Origin: an uncultured Bdellovibrio sp.
GTDB lineage: Bacteria; Bdellovibrionota; Bdellovibrionia; Bdellovibrionales; Bdellovibrionaceae
DNA length: 64,000 nucleotides
Direction: 5' to 3'
Assembly: GCA_963932905.1 (NCBI GenBank)
Contig: CAWVRN010000002.1
Coordinates: 96,001-160,000, forward strand
Position 1 is the stretch's first letter; each line of letters opens with the position of its first letter. The notes beneath the pieces were generated by a model that had not been told where the DNA came from, did no database searches, and worked only from the letters and a program-made list of their open reading frames with translations. Below, piece after piece: positions 9,396 to 19,718 of the stretch. A program made the position numbers and the translations under genes.

Positions 9396-9839
9396 ATGTC
9401 TGATTATATTTCCGGGATGAGAATTTCAAGTAGTGGTATGACGGCTCAAAGAGCTAGACTAAATGCCATATCTAGTAATATTGCCAACATCAATACGACG
9501 CAAACCCCTGAGGGTGGCCCGTATCGTCGCAAGGACGTGGTCTTTGAAGCCATGCCAGATGCGCGAAACTTCGGGGAAATTTTGACTTCATCGAACCCAA
9601 AATCGAATATGCAACGCGTGCAAGTGACTGATGTTGTCTCGGATTTGAAGGCGCCATTGATGAAATATGATCCCGATCATCCAGACGCAAATCCAGAAGG
9701 ATATGTTGCTTATCCAAACATCAATTTGATGGAAGAAATGACCAACATGATACAGGCGACGCGGGCTTATGAAGCCAACGTTTCGGCACTTCAGGCTTCA
9801 AAGGATATGGCCATGAGTGCGCTTGAATTGGGCCGCTAG
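9396..9839 (+). CDS. flgC: Flagellar basal-body rod protein FlgC
   Basis: NIANINTT, PYRRK, YDPDHPDA, GYVAYPNIN, RAYEAN motifs. Confidence 0.96.
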   Translation: MSDYISGMRISSSGMTAQRARLNAISSNIANINTTQTPEGGPYRRKDVVFEAMPDARNFGEILTSSNPKSNMQRVQVTDVVSDLKAPLMKYDPDHPDANPEGYVAYPNINLMEEMTNMIQATRAYEANVSALQASKDMAMSALELGR

Positions 9840-9971
9840 ACAGGGTTTTAGCTGTCTCAGGTTAAGACATACGTCTTAGACTAGTTTGAAAATAGGTACT
9901 TTGTGCCTAGCTAAAGTTACGGTAAAATAATTTTAAGGGCTTAAAGAATTTGAGCCTGGGAGAAAGACACC

Positions 9972-10355
9972 ATGGACGGATTTAACATTAAGAATTCGAA
10001 TCAGTTTCTGAATAATTCGAATTACCTTGATCAGCGGTCAATGAAAGTGACCCCTCCAGCTTCCGAAAAAATTTCTGGAATGAACGGCTCTGGAACAATC
10101 GGCTCCATCGGCCCAACTCAATCCAGTGAACCGGGGAAATCGTTTGCAGCCACACTGAACGAAGCCATCAAAGGTGTAAATGAGTTACAAAAATCAAGTG
10201 ACAAAGCCGCGCAAGATTTAGCGACAGGTAGAACAGATAACGTAGCAGAAGTAATGTTATCGGCAGAGAAAGCGGATGTCGCATTGAGAGTTATGGTGCA
10301 AGTAAGAAATAAAATTATCGATGCCTATAACGAAATCATGAAAATGCAAGTTTAG
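9972..10355 (+). CDS. fliE: Flagellar hook-basal body protein FliE
   Basis: C-terminal VRNKIIDAYNEIMKMQV. Confidence 0.95.
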   Translation: MDGFNIKNSNQFLNNSNYLDQRSMKVTPPASEKISGMNGSGTIGSIGPTQSSEPGKSFAATLNEAIKGVNELQKSSDKAAQDLATGRTDNVAEVMLSAEKADVALRVMVQVRNKIIDAYNEIMKMQV

Positions 10356-10387
10356 TTTAACGGTTGAAGGATTAGAGGGGACGTAGA

Positions 10388-12043
10388 GTGAGTAAATTAT
10401 TCGCTGGTTTGATTATACAATTTAGAGAGTTCTTCAAGAACTTGGGGCCAACCAAACGATTCTCTGTAGTGATCGTTGGTTTGATCGCTGCCTTGTCGTT
10501 TGTGTCCATCATTTTCATGTTGTCTGGAAATGAATACGTTCCGTTGCTAACGAACGTGCCGTCGGATCAAATGCCGATGATCGTTCAAAAATTAACTCAG
10601 AAAAATATCCCGTTTCAATTGAAAGAGGAAGGCAAGACAATTTCCATTCCGAAAGAATTATTGCATTCGACGCAAATGACTTTGATGTCAGAAATTGGTT
10701 CTACAAAAATGGGATCAATTGGTCTTGAGATTTTTGATAAACAGGAATTTGGAGTGAATTCGTACGCACAAAAAATTAATTATCAACGTGCCTTACAAGG
10801 CGAGTTGATCCGTGCGATCAATACATTAACTGCCGTAAAACAATCTAAAGTAATTCTGGCTTTGCCAAATAAGAAAACATTTTTAGAAGAAGGTGGTAAA
10901 CCGTCCGCTTCTGTTGTCGTTGAATTACATCAAGGAAAAGAATTGTCAGCAGAGCAAATTCGTGGTGTTCGTTATTTGGTAGCTAATGCCATCGAGGGTA
11001 TGGATCCAGAAAGCGTAGCGGTACTTGATGAACGCGGTAAAATGTTAACTCAGCATACCGATGGGACAACAGCGGGCTCATCAGAAATTTTAGATCTTAA
11101 AAATAAAATTGAGCGTGAATATGAAGGCCGCATCGAGAGTATCTTGTCTAAAGTAGTAGGACAGACGCGTGTGGTTGCGAAAGTAGAAGCGCAATTAAAC
11201 AATAAAGTTGTTTCTAGTGTTGAAGAAATTGTGGATCCAGAGAAAACGGCGATTCGTGCCCAGCAAAGTGAAGAAGAATCACTGGATGGTGCCCGTACAA
11301 ACCCAGCCGGAGTACCCGGCTCGCGTAGTAACTTACCAGGTGCTGAAGACGCCGGTCAGGTTGGTTTCAAGCAAGATGTTAAAAAAGAAATTAAGACTAC
11401 TAATTTTGAAGTGCCTAAAACGGTTCGAAATGTAAAAGAGGCCGCAGGCAATTTAGAGAAAATTTCAGTAGCAGTCGTAGTCGATGGTCTTTTCCAAACA
11501 GTCAAGAATGATCAAGGTGTGGAAGAAACTAAGTGGATGCCCCGTTCAGCCGAAGAATTGAAAAAGTATGAAGATATCGTTAAAAACGCAGTCGGATTCA
11601 ATGCGGCCCGCGGTGACTCTGTTAAAATTGAAAACATTCAATTTCAACCAGAGGATTTCTCAGAAGCTGAAAAATTATTAACTAATTTAGAACGTCGTAA
11701 ACTTCTACAAGCTCTATTCAAATGGGCATTATTAGCTTTCTCGTTAGCGTTACTATTCATTCTGATCGTAAGACCATTCATGCAGTGGATTACAGATTCA
11801 TTCCAAGATTCAGTAGATGAAATGCTACCGCGCACGATTGAGGAACTGGAAGAATTGCAATCGGTGGATAATACTTTACCGGGTATGTCAGGCGCCTTGC
11901 CGGTCTTACAAGAGTCAATTGATCCAGACAAAGCGGAATCTGAGTTACTTAAAGATCGCATCATGACGTTAATGCAGAAAGATCAAGAAAAAGCAGCCAA
12001 TGCATTTGGTATGTGGCTAGTTAGAAAGGATGAGAATCGGTGA
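10388..12043 (+). CDS. fliF: Flagellar MS-ring protein FliF
   Basis: GLEIFDK, NYQRALQGEL, PSASVVV, GVPGSRSN motifs; two TM segments. Confidence 0.95.
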   Translation: MSKLFAGLIIQFREFFKNLGPTKRFSVVIVGLIAALSFVSIIFMLSGNEYVPLLTNVPSDQMPMIVQKLTQKNIPFQLKEEGKTISIPKELLHSTQMTLMSEIGSTKMGSIGLEIFDKQEFGVNSYAQKINYQRALQGELIRAINTLTAVKQSKVILALPNKKTFLEEGGKPSASVVVELHQGKELSAEQIRGVRYLVANAIEGMDPESVAVLDERGKMLTQHTDGTTAGSSEILDLKNKIEREYEGRIESILSKVVGQTRVVAKVEAQLNNKVVSSVEEIVDPEKTAIRAQQSEEESLDGARTNPAGVPGSRSNLPGAEDAGQVGFKQDVKKEIKTTNFEVPKTVRNVKEAAGNLEKISVAVVVDGLFQTVKNDQGVEETKWMPRSAEELKKYEDIVKNAVGFNAARGDSVKIENIQFQPEDFSEAEKLLTNLERRKLLQALFKWALLAFSLALLFILIVRPFMQWITDSFQDSVDEMLPRTIEELEELQSVDNTLPGMSGALPVLQESIDPDKAESELLKDRIMTLMQKDQEKAANAFGMWLVRKDENR

Positions 12044-13074
12044 AAGTAGTTAAAGCGGAAAATATAGACTTTGATATTCTTAAGGGGTTTGATAAAGCCG
12101 CCATTCTGCTTAATTATTTAGGCAAGGACGCGGTTAAAATTCTTCTTGGCAGAATGGAAGACGCGGATATCCGTAAATTAATTAACGTGATGAACAAGTT
12201 TCGCGTAGTTCCTGTTCACGTGACTAAAAAAGTTTTGGAAGAATTTTATGAAATGATCAGCGAGACAGATGACTATATCTTCTCGGATCAAATTTCTAGT
12301 AAAGATAGCATTGTCGACGCGGTCGGTGAAGATCGTGCCCGCGGTATTCTGGGTGGTTTAAATATCGGTTCAGCGAACGCGCGTTCATTAGAATCATTAG
12401 AGATGGTCGATGCGAAGTCCTTGGCGAACTTCCTGGTGAATGAGCATCCGCAAACAGTTGCCGTTATCTTGGCGCACTTAGAGCCAGAGAAAAAAGGTGA
12501 GGTTCTAAAGCGTTTGCCTGATACTTTGCAAGCTGAAGTGGTTCTGCGTATGGCCAACTTAGAGCACGTAGATCCTGAGCTAATTGTTGAAATTGATAAA
12601 GTTTTGAAAAACCAATTGGCTAATACTGCCAGTGTCGAGCAGTCAACATTGGGCGGTGTTCAGCCAGTGGCCGAAATGCTCAACGTTATGGACAAAAACA
12701 CAGAAACCTCGATCATGTCCCGTTTGGAAGAAAAAGACCCATTGCTGGCCGAAGAGATCCGCAAGTTGATGTTCGTATTTGATGACATTATTAAAATCGA
12801 TGATCGCGGTATTCAGTCACTTCTTAAGGAAGTACCGAATGATAAACTTCTTCTGGCTCTTAAAACGGCGAACGAAGATATCAAAGCAAAAGTATTCAAA
12901 AATATTTCTGCCCGTGCTGCCGACATGTTACGTGAAGATTTAAATAACATGGGACCATCACGTCTATCCGATGTTGAAGGTGCTCAACAAGAAATCGTCA
13001 ACGTGGCTCGTCGCCTAGAGGCTGAAGGTAAGATCCTAATTGCTAGAGGTGGTTCAGAAGATGCCATGGTATAG
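12040..13074 (+). CDS. fliG: Flagellar motor switch protein FliG
   Basis: KAAILL, EHPQTVAVIL and MFVFDDI motifs. Confidence 0.96.
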   Translation: MKVVKAENIDFDILKGFDKAAILLNYLGKDAVKILLGRMEDADIRKLINVMNKFRVVPVHVTKKVLEEFYEMISETDDYIFSDQISSKDSIVDAVGEDRARGILGGLNIGSANARSLESLEMVDAKSLANFLVNEHPQTVAVILAHLEPEKKGEVLKRLPDTLQAEVVLRMANLEHVDPELIVEIDKVLKNQLANTASVEQSTLGGVQPVAEMLNVMDKNTETSIMSRLEEKDPLLAEEIRKLMFVFDDIIKIDDRGIQSLLKEVPNDKLLLALKTANEDIKAKVFKNISARAADMLREDLNNMGPSRLSDVEGAQQEIVNVARRLEAEGKILIARGGSEDAMV

Positions 13075-13843
13075 TCGTTCAATTTTAAAAGAAGAAAGAG
13101 CACGCGAGGTCGTAGTTGAATACACTCCGACCCAATTCAATTTAGGCACGCCAGTTCAGGCTCTTGATTACCTAGATGAAATCAAAAAGGGATCTGACTT
13201 TGTTATGAATCCCGTGATCCGCGAACAGACGGGTATTGAAGAAATTCAGCGCGAAGACTTAGATTCTAAGGCTGAAGAGTTAGCTATTCATAAACTAAAA
13301 GACATTCAGGCATCTGCTTATAAAGAAGGTTACGATTTAGGTTTAGATGAAGGCACTAAGCGTGCGTATCAGGAAAAAACTAAAGAAATCACAGCCAAGC
13401 TGCAGGAATTAGATCGTTTGTTAGTAAACGTAAATACGTTAAAAACGGATTTAGAAGTACAAAATGAAAGCCATCTGATTCAACTTGTCTACCACATGGC
13501 TTCGCGTATTTCTATGCGACAGATTGAAATGGATAACAAAATCGTGATCGATATTATGAAGCAAGCGATGAGTTTGGCTCAGGATGAAGAAAACATTACG
13601 GTTCACGTGTCGGATCGTCAGCTTGAATTCATTGAAGATATTAAAAAGAATTCGCATTCTAGAGAGTTTGAATTTTTGAAAAAAGTTAAACTAGAAGGAA
13701 ATCCCGATATCCAACCAGGCGGTTGTATTGTTGAAACAAATTATGGTGAAGTGGATTCACGGATTGAACAACGATTACAAAAACTTTGGGAACATGTCGG
13801 TGAAGCACTTCCTAAAGTTAAAACCCCTATAGAATACGAGTAA
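13061..13843 (+). CDS. fliH: Flagellar assembly protein FliH (start uncertain: 13040 or 13061)
   Basis: AYKEGYDLGLDEG repeats, GGCIVETNYGEVD; lies between fliG and fliI. Confidence 0.9.
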   Translation: MPWYSRSILKEERAREVVVEYTPTQFNLGTPVQALDYLDEIKKGSDFVMNPVIREQTGIEEIQREDLDSKAEELAIHKLKDIQASAYKEGYDLGLDEGTKRAYQEKTKEITAKLQELDRLLVNVNTLKTDLEVQNESHLIQLVYHMASRISMRQIEMDNKIVIDIMKQAMSLAQDEENITVHVSDRQLEFIEDIKKNSHSREFEFLKKVKLEGNPDIQPGGCIVETNYGEVDSRIEQRLQKLWEHVGEALPKVKTPIEYE

Positions 13844-13846
13844 ACT

Positions 13847-15178
13847 ATGGACGTGGGATCAAAGATCAACATTGAGAAATACAACCAGATTATTTCTAAC
13901 ATCCATTTATCAAAAGATAGTGGCAAGGTTAAGGAAGTTGTTGGTCTATTGATTAAAGGTTATCTACCAGGTGCCGCAGTCGGTGCCGTGGTAGAAGTAT
14001 TCCCTAATGGGCTAGAAAAATCGTTTTTAGCCGAAATCGTTGGTTTTAAAGATAAAGATGTATTGATGATGCCACTGAATGAAATGCGTGGTGTAGGTTT
14101 AGGATCAAAAATTATTCTAGCAAAACAGACAGCGGCCGTGCGAGTCGGTGAAGAGCTGATTGGACGAGTCGTAAATGGTTTAGGTCAGCCAATTGACGGC
14201 AAACCTGATATCGAAGACTTCGAAGAACGTCCTTTATACGCTGAAGTGGTTAACCCACTCGAGCGTGAACCAATTCGTTCACCCATTGATTTGGGTGTGC
14301 GGGCAATTAATTCTTGTTTAACCGTAGGCCTGGGGCAACGTGTGGCTATTATGGCTGGTTCAGGGGTGGGTAAATCAGTCTTGCTGGGCATGATGGCCAG
14401 AAACACGAATGCGGACGTTAACGTCATAGCGCTTATTGGTGAGCGTGGTCGTGAGGTTCGTGAATTTATTGAAAACGATTTAGGCCCCGAAGGCATGAAA
14501 AAATCTGTTGTCGTATGCGTGACAAGTGATCAAAGTCCTTTGCTGCGTATGCGCGGCGCTTATGTTGCCACCGCTATCGCGGAGTATTTCTGTAATAAGG
14601 GGCAAAATGTACTTTTGATGATGGATTCTGTAACTCGTTTTGCTATGGCCCAGCGTGAAATTGGATTAAGCGCGGGTGAGCCACCATCCTCGCGTGGTTA
14701 TACTCCTTCAGTATTTGCACAACTGCCAAAGTTATTAGAACGCGCCGGGAATTTTGAAAATAAAGGTAGCATCACTGGGTTGTATACCACGTTAGTAGAA
14801 GGCGACGATATGAATGATCCCATCGGAGATTCCGTTCGTTCGATTGTGGATGGCCATATTGTGCTGTCACGCGCATTGGCGCAGCGTGGGCATTTCCCAT
14901 CAATTGATGTATTACAATCAGCAAGTCGGGTGATGAAAGCAGTATCAAAACCTGAACACCAAAAGTTAGCCCAGAAGCTTCGTGAAAATTTAGCGATTTA
15001 TAAAGAAGCCGAAGATCTAATTAATATCGGTGCCTATAAACCAGGTGCAAATCCCAAAATCGACAAAGCCGTTAAATTAATTGATGGAATAAATGATTTC
15101 TTAAGGCAGAGGGTAGAGGATGGAACAAGCTTTTCTCAGACGCAGAAAATGCTTCAACAACTATTTGTCGGGAACTAA
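13847..15178 (+). CDS. fliI: Flagellar export ATPase FliI
   Basis: AGSGVGKS, GERGREVREF, MDSVTRFAMAQRE motifs. Confidence 0.96.
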   Translation: MDVGSKINIEKYNQIISNIHLSKDSGKVKEVVGLLIKGYLPGAAVGAVVEVFPNGLEKSFLAEIVGFKDKDVLMMPLNEMRGVGLGSKIILAKQTAAVRVGEELIGRVVNGLGQPIDGKPDIEDFEERPLYAEVVNPLEREPIRSPIDLGVRAINSCLTVGLGQRVAIMAGSGVGKSVLLGMMARNTNADVNVIALIGERGREVREFIENDLGPEGMKKSVVVCVTSDQSPLLRMRGAYVATAIAEYFCNKGQNVLLMMDSVTRFAMAQREIGLSAGEPPSSRGYTPSVFAQLPKLLERAGNFENKGSITGLYTTLVEGDDMNDPIGDSVRSIVDGHIVLSRALAQRGHFPSIDVLQSASRVMKAVSKPEHQKLAQKLRENLAIYKEAEDLINIGAYKPGANPKIDKAVKLIDGINDFLRQRVEDGTSFSQTQKMLQQLFVGN

Positions 15179-15183
15179 GCCAT

Positions 15184-16290
15184 ATGAAAAAATATGCCGC
15201 TTTGGTCTGTTTAATTCTATTGCCTGTTTTGGGAAAGGCTCAAACTCTTCCGGGTAACGTTGCCTATACACCGGAGCAAATCGTAAACGAAAAAGCGAAT
15301 AAAGTTAATGAGCAGAATCAAATGGGTTCTGGCCCAAACGCCGACTATAGTATATTTAATAATTCTCAATCTTCGCATGGAGTGAATTTCTCGTCAGTTG
15401 GTAAAAGTCAGCAGGTGGGACTTGATTTGCATTCTGAAGCAGAAAACTTGCAGGGGCAGGTTATCACAGAACAAAAAGATGCCGGTATATCGGATCCGAA
15501 GGGGTGTAGCGATCGTGGGGCATTAAGCGAATATCACAACAACATATGCACTGCTTCGGATACGTTGCAGGTTATGGGTATCGAGGCCTTAGAATCGCAA
15601 AGTGTATTTCAAGAGTCGGCAACACAAGCATACCAAACAATGGAAGATACCTCTGCATTTCCTTTAGATGGATCAAATCTTGGAACATTCGCCGCGGATA
15701 CGCATGGCCTGCCTACAAATACGAATGTGCTTTACTCAAGTAATAAACCTTCGATCGAAAGCTTTAATACACTCTACAAATCGTTGGATTCAACGGCGCA
15801 GTACAAGGGATTAAAATACAACACAAAAAATGATTACTTCTATTTAGAAGGAAAAAAATATTCAACGTCCGTATTGTATTCTAAGGATGCAATGCTAAAA
15901 GCTGGAATCAACAAATCACTTACAAATTTCGCGTACGCGATGCTGAATAAAAAATCGATTTCGGCGCAAAATAAAATTACTGCAATTCTGAAGGGTAGAA
16001 AACTTTACGACGGAAAAAAATGGAGTATTATTGGTGTTTCTTCAGATCCCAGTGCTTCGCTGGTAGATGATTCTTCAACCCGGCCAGTGATGACTAGTCC
16101 TGAAAGACCTTCCCAGATTCGATCTGGAGTTGTTGATCTTTCGTCTAGTCTGGTCGAGGACAAGACGCTTTATAAAGACATAAATGGCGTATCGGTAGGA
16201 CTTTCCTCTGATGACATTTTCAAAATGATCAGCAGAAAGTACAGAGAAAAAGATAAATTAGGTTTTTTTCACAACTCTCCAAAAAAATAA
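15184..16290 (+). CDS. Secreted hypothetical protein inserted between fliI and fliJ
   Basis: 368 aa, signal peptide, C-terminal GVSVGLSSDDIFKMISRKY. Confidence 0.75.
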   Translation: MKKYAALVCLILLPVLGKAQTLPGNVAYTPEQIVNEKANKVNEQNQMGSGPNADYSIFNNSQSSHGVNFSSVGKSQQVGLDLHSEAENLQGQVITEQKDAGISDPKGCSDRGALSEYHNNICTASDTLQVMGIEALESQSVFQESATQAYQTMEDTSAFPLDGSNLGTFAADTHGLPTNTNVLYSSNKPSIESFNTLYKSLDSTAQYKGLKYNTKNDYFYLEGKKYSTSVLYSKDAMLKAGINKSLTNFAYAMLNKKSISAQNKITAILKGRKLYDGKKWSIIGVSSDPSASLVDDSSTRPVMTSPERPSQIRSGVVDLSSSLVEDKTLYKDINGVSVGLSSDDIFKMISRKYREKDKLGFFHNSPKK

Positions 16291-16306
16291 TATAAACTAA
16301 AAGTAT

Positions 16307-16768
16307 ATGAAATTTAACTTCCGCATGCAGAAGGTCCTTGAACACCGCAAGGTTCAAGAGGATCTTGCTAAAACTGACTTTCAATCTGCGCTGATGCGGT
16401 TGAATGAAGAAGTCGAAAAACTTCAATTCATGATTGATCAAAAAAAGAAAGCCCGTGTGAAAAGTTTTGAAATAGAAACGGGTACGCTTGTTCCAAATGC
16501 CTTGCAGAACGGGATTCTGGAAGAATCTTCTCGTTTTCAAAAACTTCAGGACGTACGCATTGAAAAACAAAAGGAAGTCATTGCCGCTTGGGAAAAAGAA
16601 GTCGAGTCCAAACGAGAAATTTTGAAATCGAAGGCGATAGATTATAAAATAATAGAGAAGTTCAAAGATAAAAAGAAACAGCAGTTTATCGATGAAAACA
16701 ACAAAAAAGAGCAAAAAGAAAATGATGAAATTTCGATTTTGCGATTTGCGAGCAGGAATAAAAAATGA
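16307..16768 (+). CDS. fliJ: Flagellar export protein FliJ
   Basis: MKFNFRMQKVLEHR N-terminus, coiled coil, EQKENDE C-terminus. Confidence 0.9.
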   Translation: MKFNFRMQKVLEHRKVQEDLAKTDFQSALMRLNEEVEKLQFMIDQKKKARVKSFEIETGTLVPNALQNGILEESSRFQKLQDVRIEKQKEVIAAWEKEVESKREILKSKAIDYKIIEKFKDKKKQQFIDENNKKEQKENDEISILRFASRNKK

Positions 16769-17643
16769 GAGTACATGAACGTTATCTAGATCAGATGCTC
16801 AAAAAATCCGGTGAAGGCGATTCGCTTAACTTCAACAGAAAGAAAGCGCAGTTTCCTTTGAAAGAGCAGCCAGCTCCGCAAATGAAAAGAAAATTCAAAC
16901 CGTCTGTGACTCGCAGAAAAAATAGTTTTTCACCTACGGCTATTGTTTTCACAATGTTGGGCATCGGTGTTGCCTATTTTGGTTACGAAAATATCGAATC
17001 TATTGAGAAATGGATGAATTCAGTCAATATCACGTTCACGACATCAGCAATGGCCGAAGGCAAAGTGTCAGAAAAGCCAGCCGTAGCCGATAAAGCCAAA
17101 TCGGAAAAGACTGCGACGGAGGCCAAAGGCGAAGCTGCGCCTGCCAATGAAACTAAGTCCGCTGATAATTCAGGAATTGATTTTGATTTCGTAAGAGACT
17201 TCAAAGATAGAAAGAAAGCCTTAGATCAAAAAGAAGAAGAATTAAAAGCTTGGGAAGCGGAAATTCAAACTCAGAAGTCAGAGCTAGATACTAAGATCGC
17301 TGAAATTCAAAAAATCAGAAAAGATATTTCAGCACAGCTTGAAGAGCGAGTAAAAGCCGATCAAGCGAAGATCGATACTTTGGTTCAGGTGTATAGCCAA
17401 ATGAAGCCTTCTCAAGCTGCGAAAGTATTCGAAGCCTTGGACGAAGATTTAGCGGTTGATATTTTAACGAAAATGAAAAAGAAAAGCGCGGCTGATATTC
17501 TTAACTTGCTGAAAGCAGATAAGGCGCAGGTTTTGTCTGAAAAATTTGCGGGTTACACAAGAAAACCAGCATCGGCTAAAGATACAAATACAAACAATCA
17601 AACTAAACCAGAGGGGGCGCCTGTTGAAACAGCCAAACCCTAA
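16765..17643 (+). CDS. MotE/FlbB-like flagellar protein (MgtE N-terminal-like domain)
   Basis: TM, coiled coil, YSQMKPSQAAKVFEAL...MKKKSAADIL. Confidence 0.8.
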   Translation: MRVHERYLDQMLKKSGEGDSLNFNRKKAQFPLKEQPAPQMKRKFKPSVTRRKNSFSPTAIVFTMLGIGVAYFGYENIESIEKWMNSVNITFTTSAMAEGKVSEKPAVADKAKSEKTATEAKGEAAPANETKSADNSGIDFDFVRDFKDRKKALDQKEEELKAWEAEIQTQKSELDTKIAEIQKIRKDISAQLEERVKADQAKIDTLVQVYSQMKPSQAAKVFEALDEDLAVDILTKMKKKSAADILNLLKADKAQVLSEKFAGYTRKPASAKDTNTNNQTKPEGAPVETAKP

Positions 17644-17657
17644 CGGAAGGAGGACTA

Positions 17658-19610
17658 TTGAACGTTCAACCGGTTTCGTTCATGCCGAAGCCAGACGCGA
17701 AAGCGCCGAGCAGCATGAATACACAAGAAAACCGTGTCGACGAAAAAGGATTCAGCAAAGAGCTTGAACGTAGAGTGGATGCCCCAGGGACCAAAAAGCC
17801 GGCGGATAAAAATTCCGATAGGCAGCTAAAGACTCCAGGGGAGAAATCAGAAAAGAAAGAAGTGGTTGCTAAAGACACTTCGGTAGAACAAAACACAGCC
17901 GATAAAAGAGTTGTGGAAAAGAAAGTAAAAAAAGATTCAGACGATAAATCTGAATCCGGTGACGGCAAACTGACAAAAAAGGCGGATACTAAAGAAGAAC
18001 GCCTTAAAAAATTCATGGACTCGTTAGAGAGTGAATTTCAAATACCTCCGACTCGAATAGTGGAGGCATTCAGTGAGCTCAGCCCCGAAGAACTTTCGCT
18101 ACCGGCTGATGAATCCATCGACCGTGTTGTTGGTAAGTTAAATCTAGATGAAGAATCAACTGCCAAGGTTAAAGACCTTTATGGCGATCTGGTTCAGGAT
18201 CTAGAAACTATCGACACCAAGCAGACTGAATCTAAATTCGGAATGGCACCAAGTGTGGCCGCGCTAGGGCTGACTCGCGAGCGTTTTGACAAAGTCAAAA
18301 ATCAGCGTGAAGCCTTGCAGAAATCTTTGGATCAAATGAACCAAAGTTTTTGGCAGCCACAAGTGAATCCACAAATCACGACGCCAATTCAAGGTGATCT
18401 AATTGCTAAAGCGCAATTGGCCTCGAAAGGGCGAAATGGTTTAGATTCTTATCGTGATATTTCTACAGAAAACACGTTGCCTAGTGTGATGGCGGGGCTG
18501 ACTCCAGGCGAATTAGCGATGGATCAGAATCGTGAGTTTATATATGATCCGCGCACAGGCGACATGTATAAAATAGATCCCAATGTGATGGCCTCTAATA
18601 ATGAAGGTGATCAGTCATTCAGCGCCAAAGACGCTGCGATGATGGGCGTCGCAGCCGCTCTCGGAATTTCAAAAATGAAATCAGATGCCGGTAATTTAGA
18701 TGGTACGTCCCCAATGGGTCCGGGTTATGGTATGGAAGCATCAAAAGCTGCAATGCCAATGAACCCTAAGCCAAATCAGCTAGCCAATCTTGAATCTCTA
18801 AGTAGTGCACCGACTGATGTTTCTTCTGCGATGCTAGCTAAATTAGCTAACTCGTCGAATTCATCGGGTAGTGGATCCTCTGACTTTTTCAGCAAAGGCG
18901 GCGGCGGTTCTGAATCTCATAACACTCAGGTTTCTGGAAAGAAAACTGACGGCGATGACATGAAGACCATGCTAGCGGCATCATTAGGTGTGGGAGCCGG
19001 TAATGATTTGAAAGAGTCATCGCTAAATTCTGCGCCAATCATGGTGCCAGGAACAAACGCTCAGGTGACTCAAGAAGCCACTGATCGCAATGTCCAGAAC
19101 GTTATGCAACAAGCTCAATACTTGGTGAAAGCGGGCGGCGGCGAGATGAAGGTAAGAATGACTCCTGAAGGCCTTGGCGAAATTCAACTCAGTGTTGAGT
19201 TAAAAGATGGAAAGGTTCAGTTGCATATGGCTGCTGAAAATAAAGAGACCAAGAAAATGTTAGAATCCAGTCTTTCAGATTTAAGAGAGAGTCTTTCTCA
19301 ACAAAAGATTTCTTTAGAGTCGGTCAAAATTGATACGGTTGCACGCACGAACACAGAAAATCATGCGAACAGTAATAACAGCAATCAATTTGGACAGAAT
19401 CAAAATCAGGAAAACCGCGATACGCGACAGTTCTGGAATCAGTTTCAAGATCAATTCGGTGGTGGACGTCCTGGACGTGAATCCCTAATGGATGGATTAA
19501 AAGTCAAAGGATATGCCGCGAAGAAATCAGAAACAATAGCTCCGGCAACGGAAACTAGTTCAGCTGGTCGTTCGAATGGAAAATCTTCAAGTCTAAATTT
19601 AGTCGCATAA
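17658..19610 (+). CDS. fliK: Flagellar hook-length control protein FliK
   Basis: Long low-complexity N-terminus, MTPEGLGEIQL T3S4 domain, TTG start with AGGAGG RBS. Confidence 0.88.
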   Translation: MNVQPVSFMPKPDAKAPSSMNTQENRVDEKGFSKELERRVDAPGTKKPADKNSDRQLKTPGEKSEKKEVVAKDTSVEQNTADKRVVEKKVKKDSDDKSESGDGKLTKKADTKEERLKKFMDSLESEFQIPPTRIVEAFSELSPEELSLPADESIDRVVGKLNLDEESTAKVKDLYGDLVQDLETIDTKQTESKFGMAPSVAALGLTRERFDKVKNQREALQKSLDQMNQSFWQPQVNPQITTPIQGDLIAKAQLASKGRNGLDSYRDISTENTLPSVMAGLTPGELAMDQNREFIYDPRTGDMYKIDPNVMASNNEGDQSFSAKDAAMMGVAAALGISKMKSDAGNLDGTSPMGPGYGMEASKAAMPMNPKPNQLANLESLSSAPTDVSSAMLAKLANSSNSSGSGSSDFFSKGGGGSESHNTQVSGKKTDGDDMKTMLAASLGVGAGNDLKESSLNSAPIMVPGTNAQVTQEATDRNVQNVMQQAQYLVKAGGGEMKVRMTPEGLGEIQLSVELKDGKVQLHMAAENKETKKMLESSLSDLRESLSQQKISLESVKIDTVARTNTENHANSNNSNQFGQNQNQENRDTRQFWNQFQDQFGGGRPGRESLMDGLKVKGYAAKKSETIAPATETSSAGRSNGKSSSLNLVA

Positions 19611-19615
19611 TTCGA

Positions 19616-19643
19616 AGGCAAGAGAAATAAAATTCTCTTGCCT
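19616..19643 (+). terminator. Hairpin between fliK and flgD (terminator or mRNA-stability element)
   Basis: AGGCAAGAGAA-N6-TTCTCTTGCCT, perfect 11-bp stem with no strong U tail. Confidence 0.45.
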
Positions 19644-19718
19644 CTACTTACGACTGAAAATGTATCGGTCTAGTCTCATTTTTAACTATTCAGGGATAGA
19701 ATAAAGAAAGGAGTACCT

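Noticed and set aside
16229..16714. 161-aa Phe-rich antisense ORF
   Set aside because: Shadow of the Lys/Glu-rich fliJ on the opposite strand
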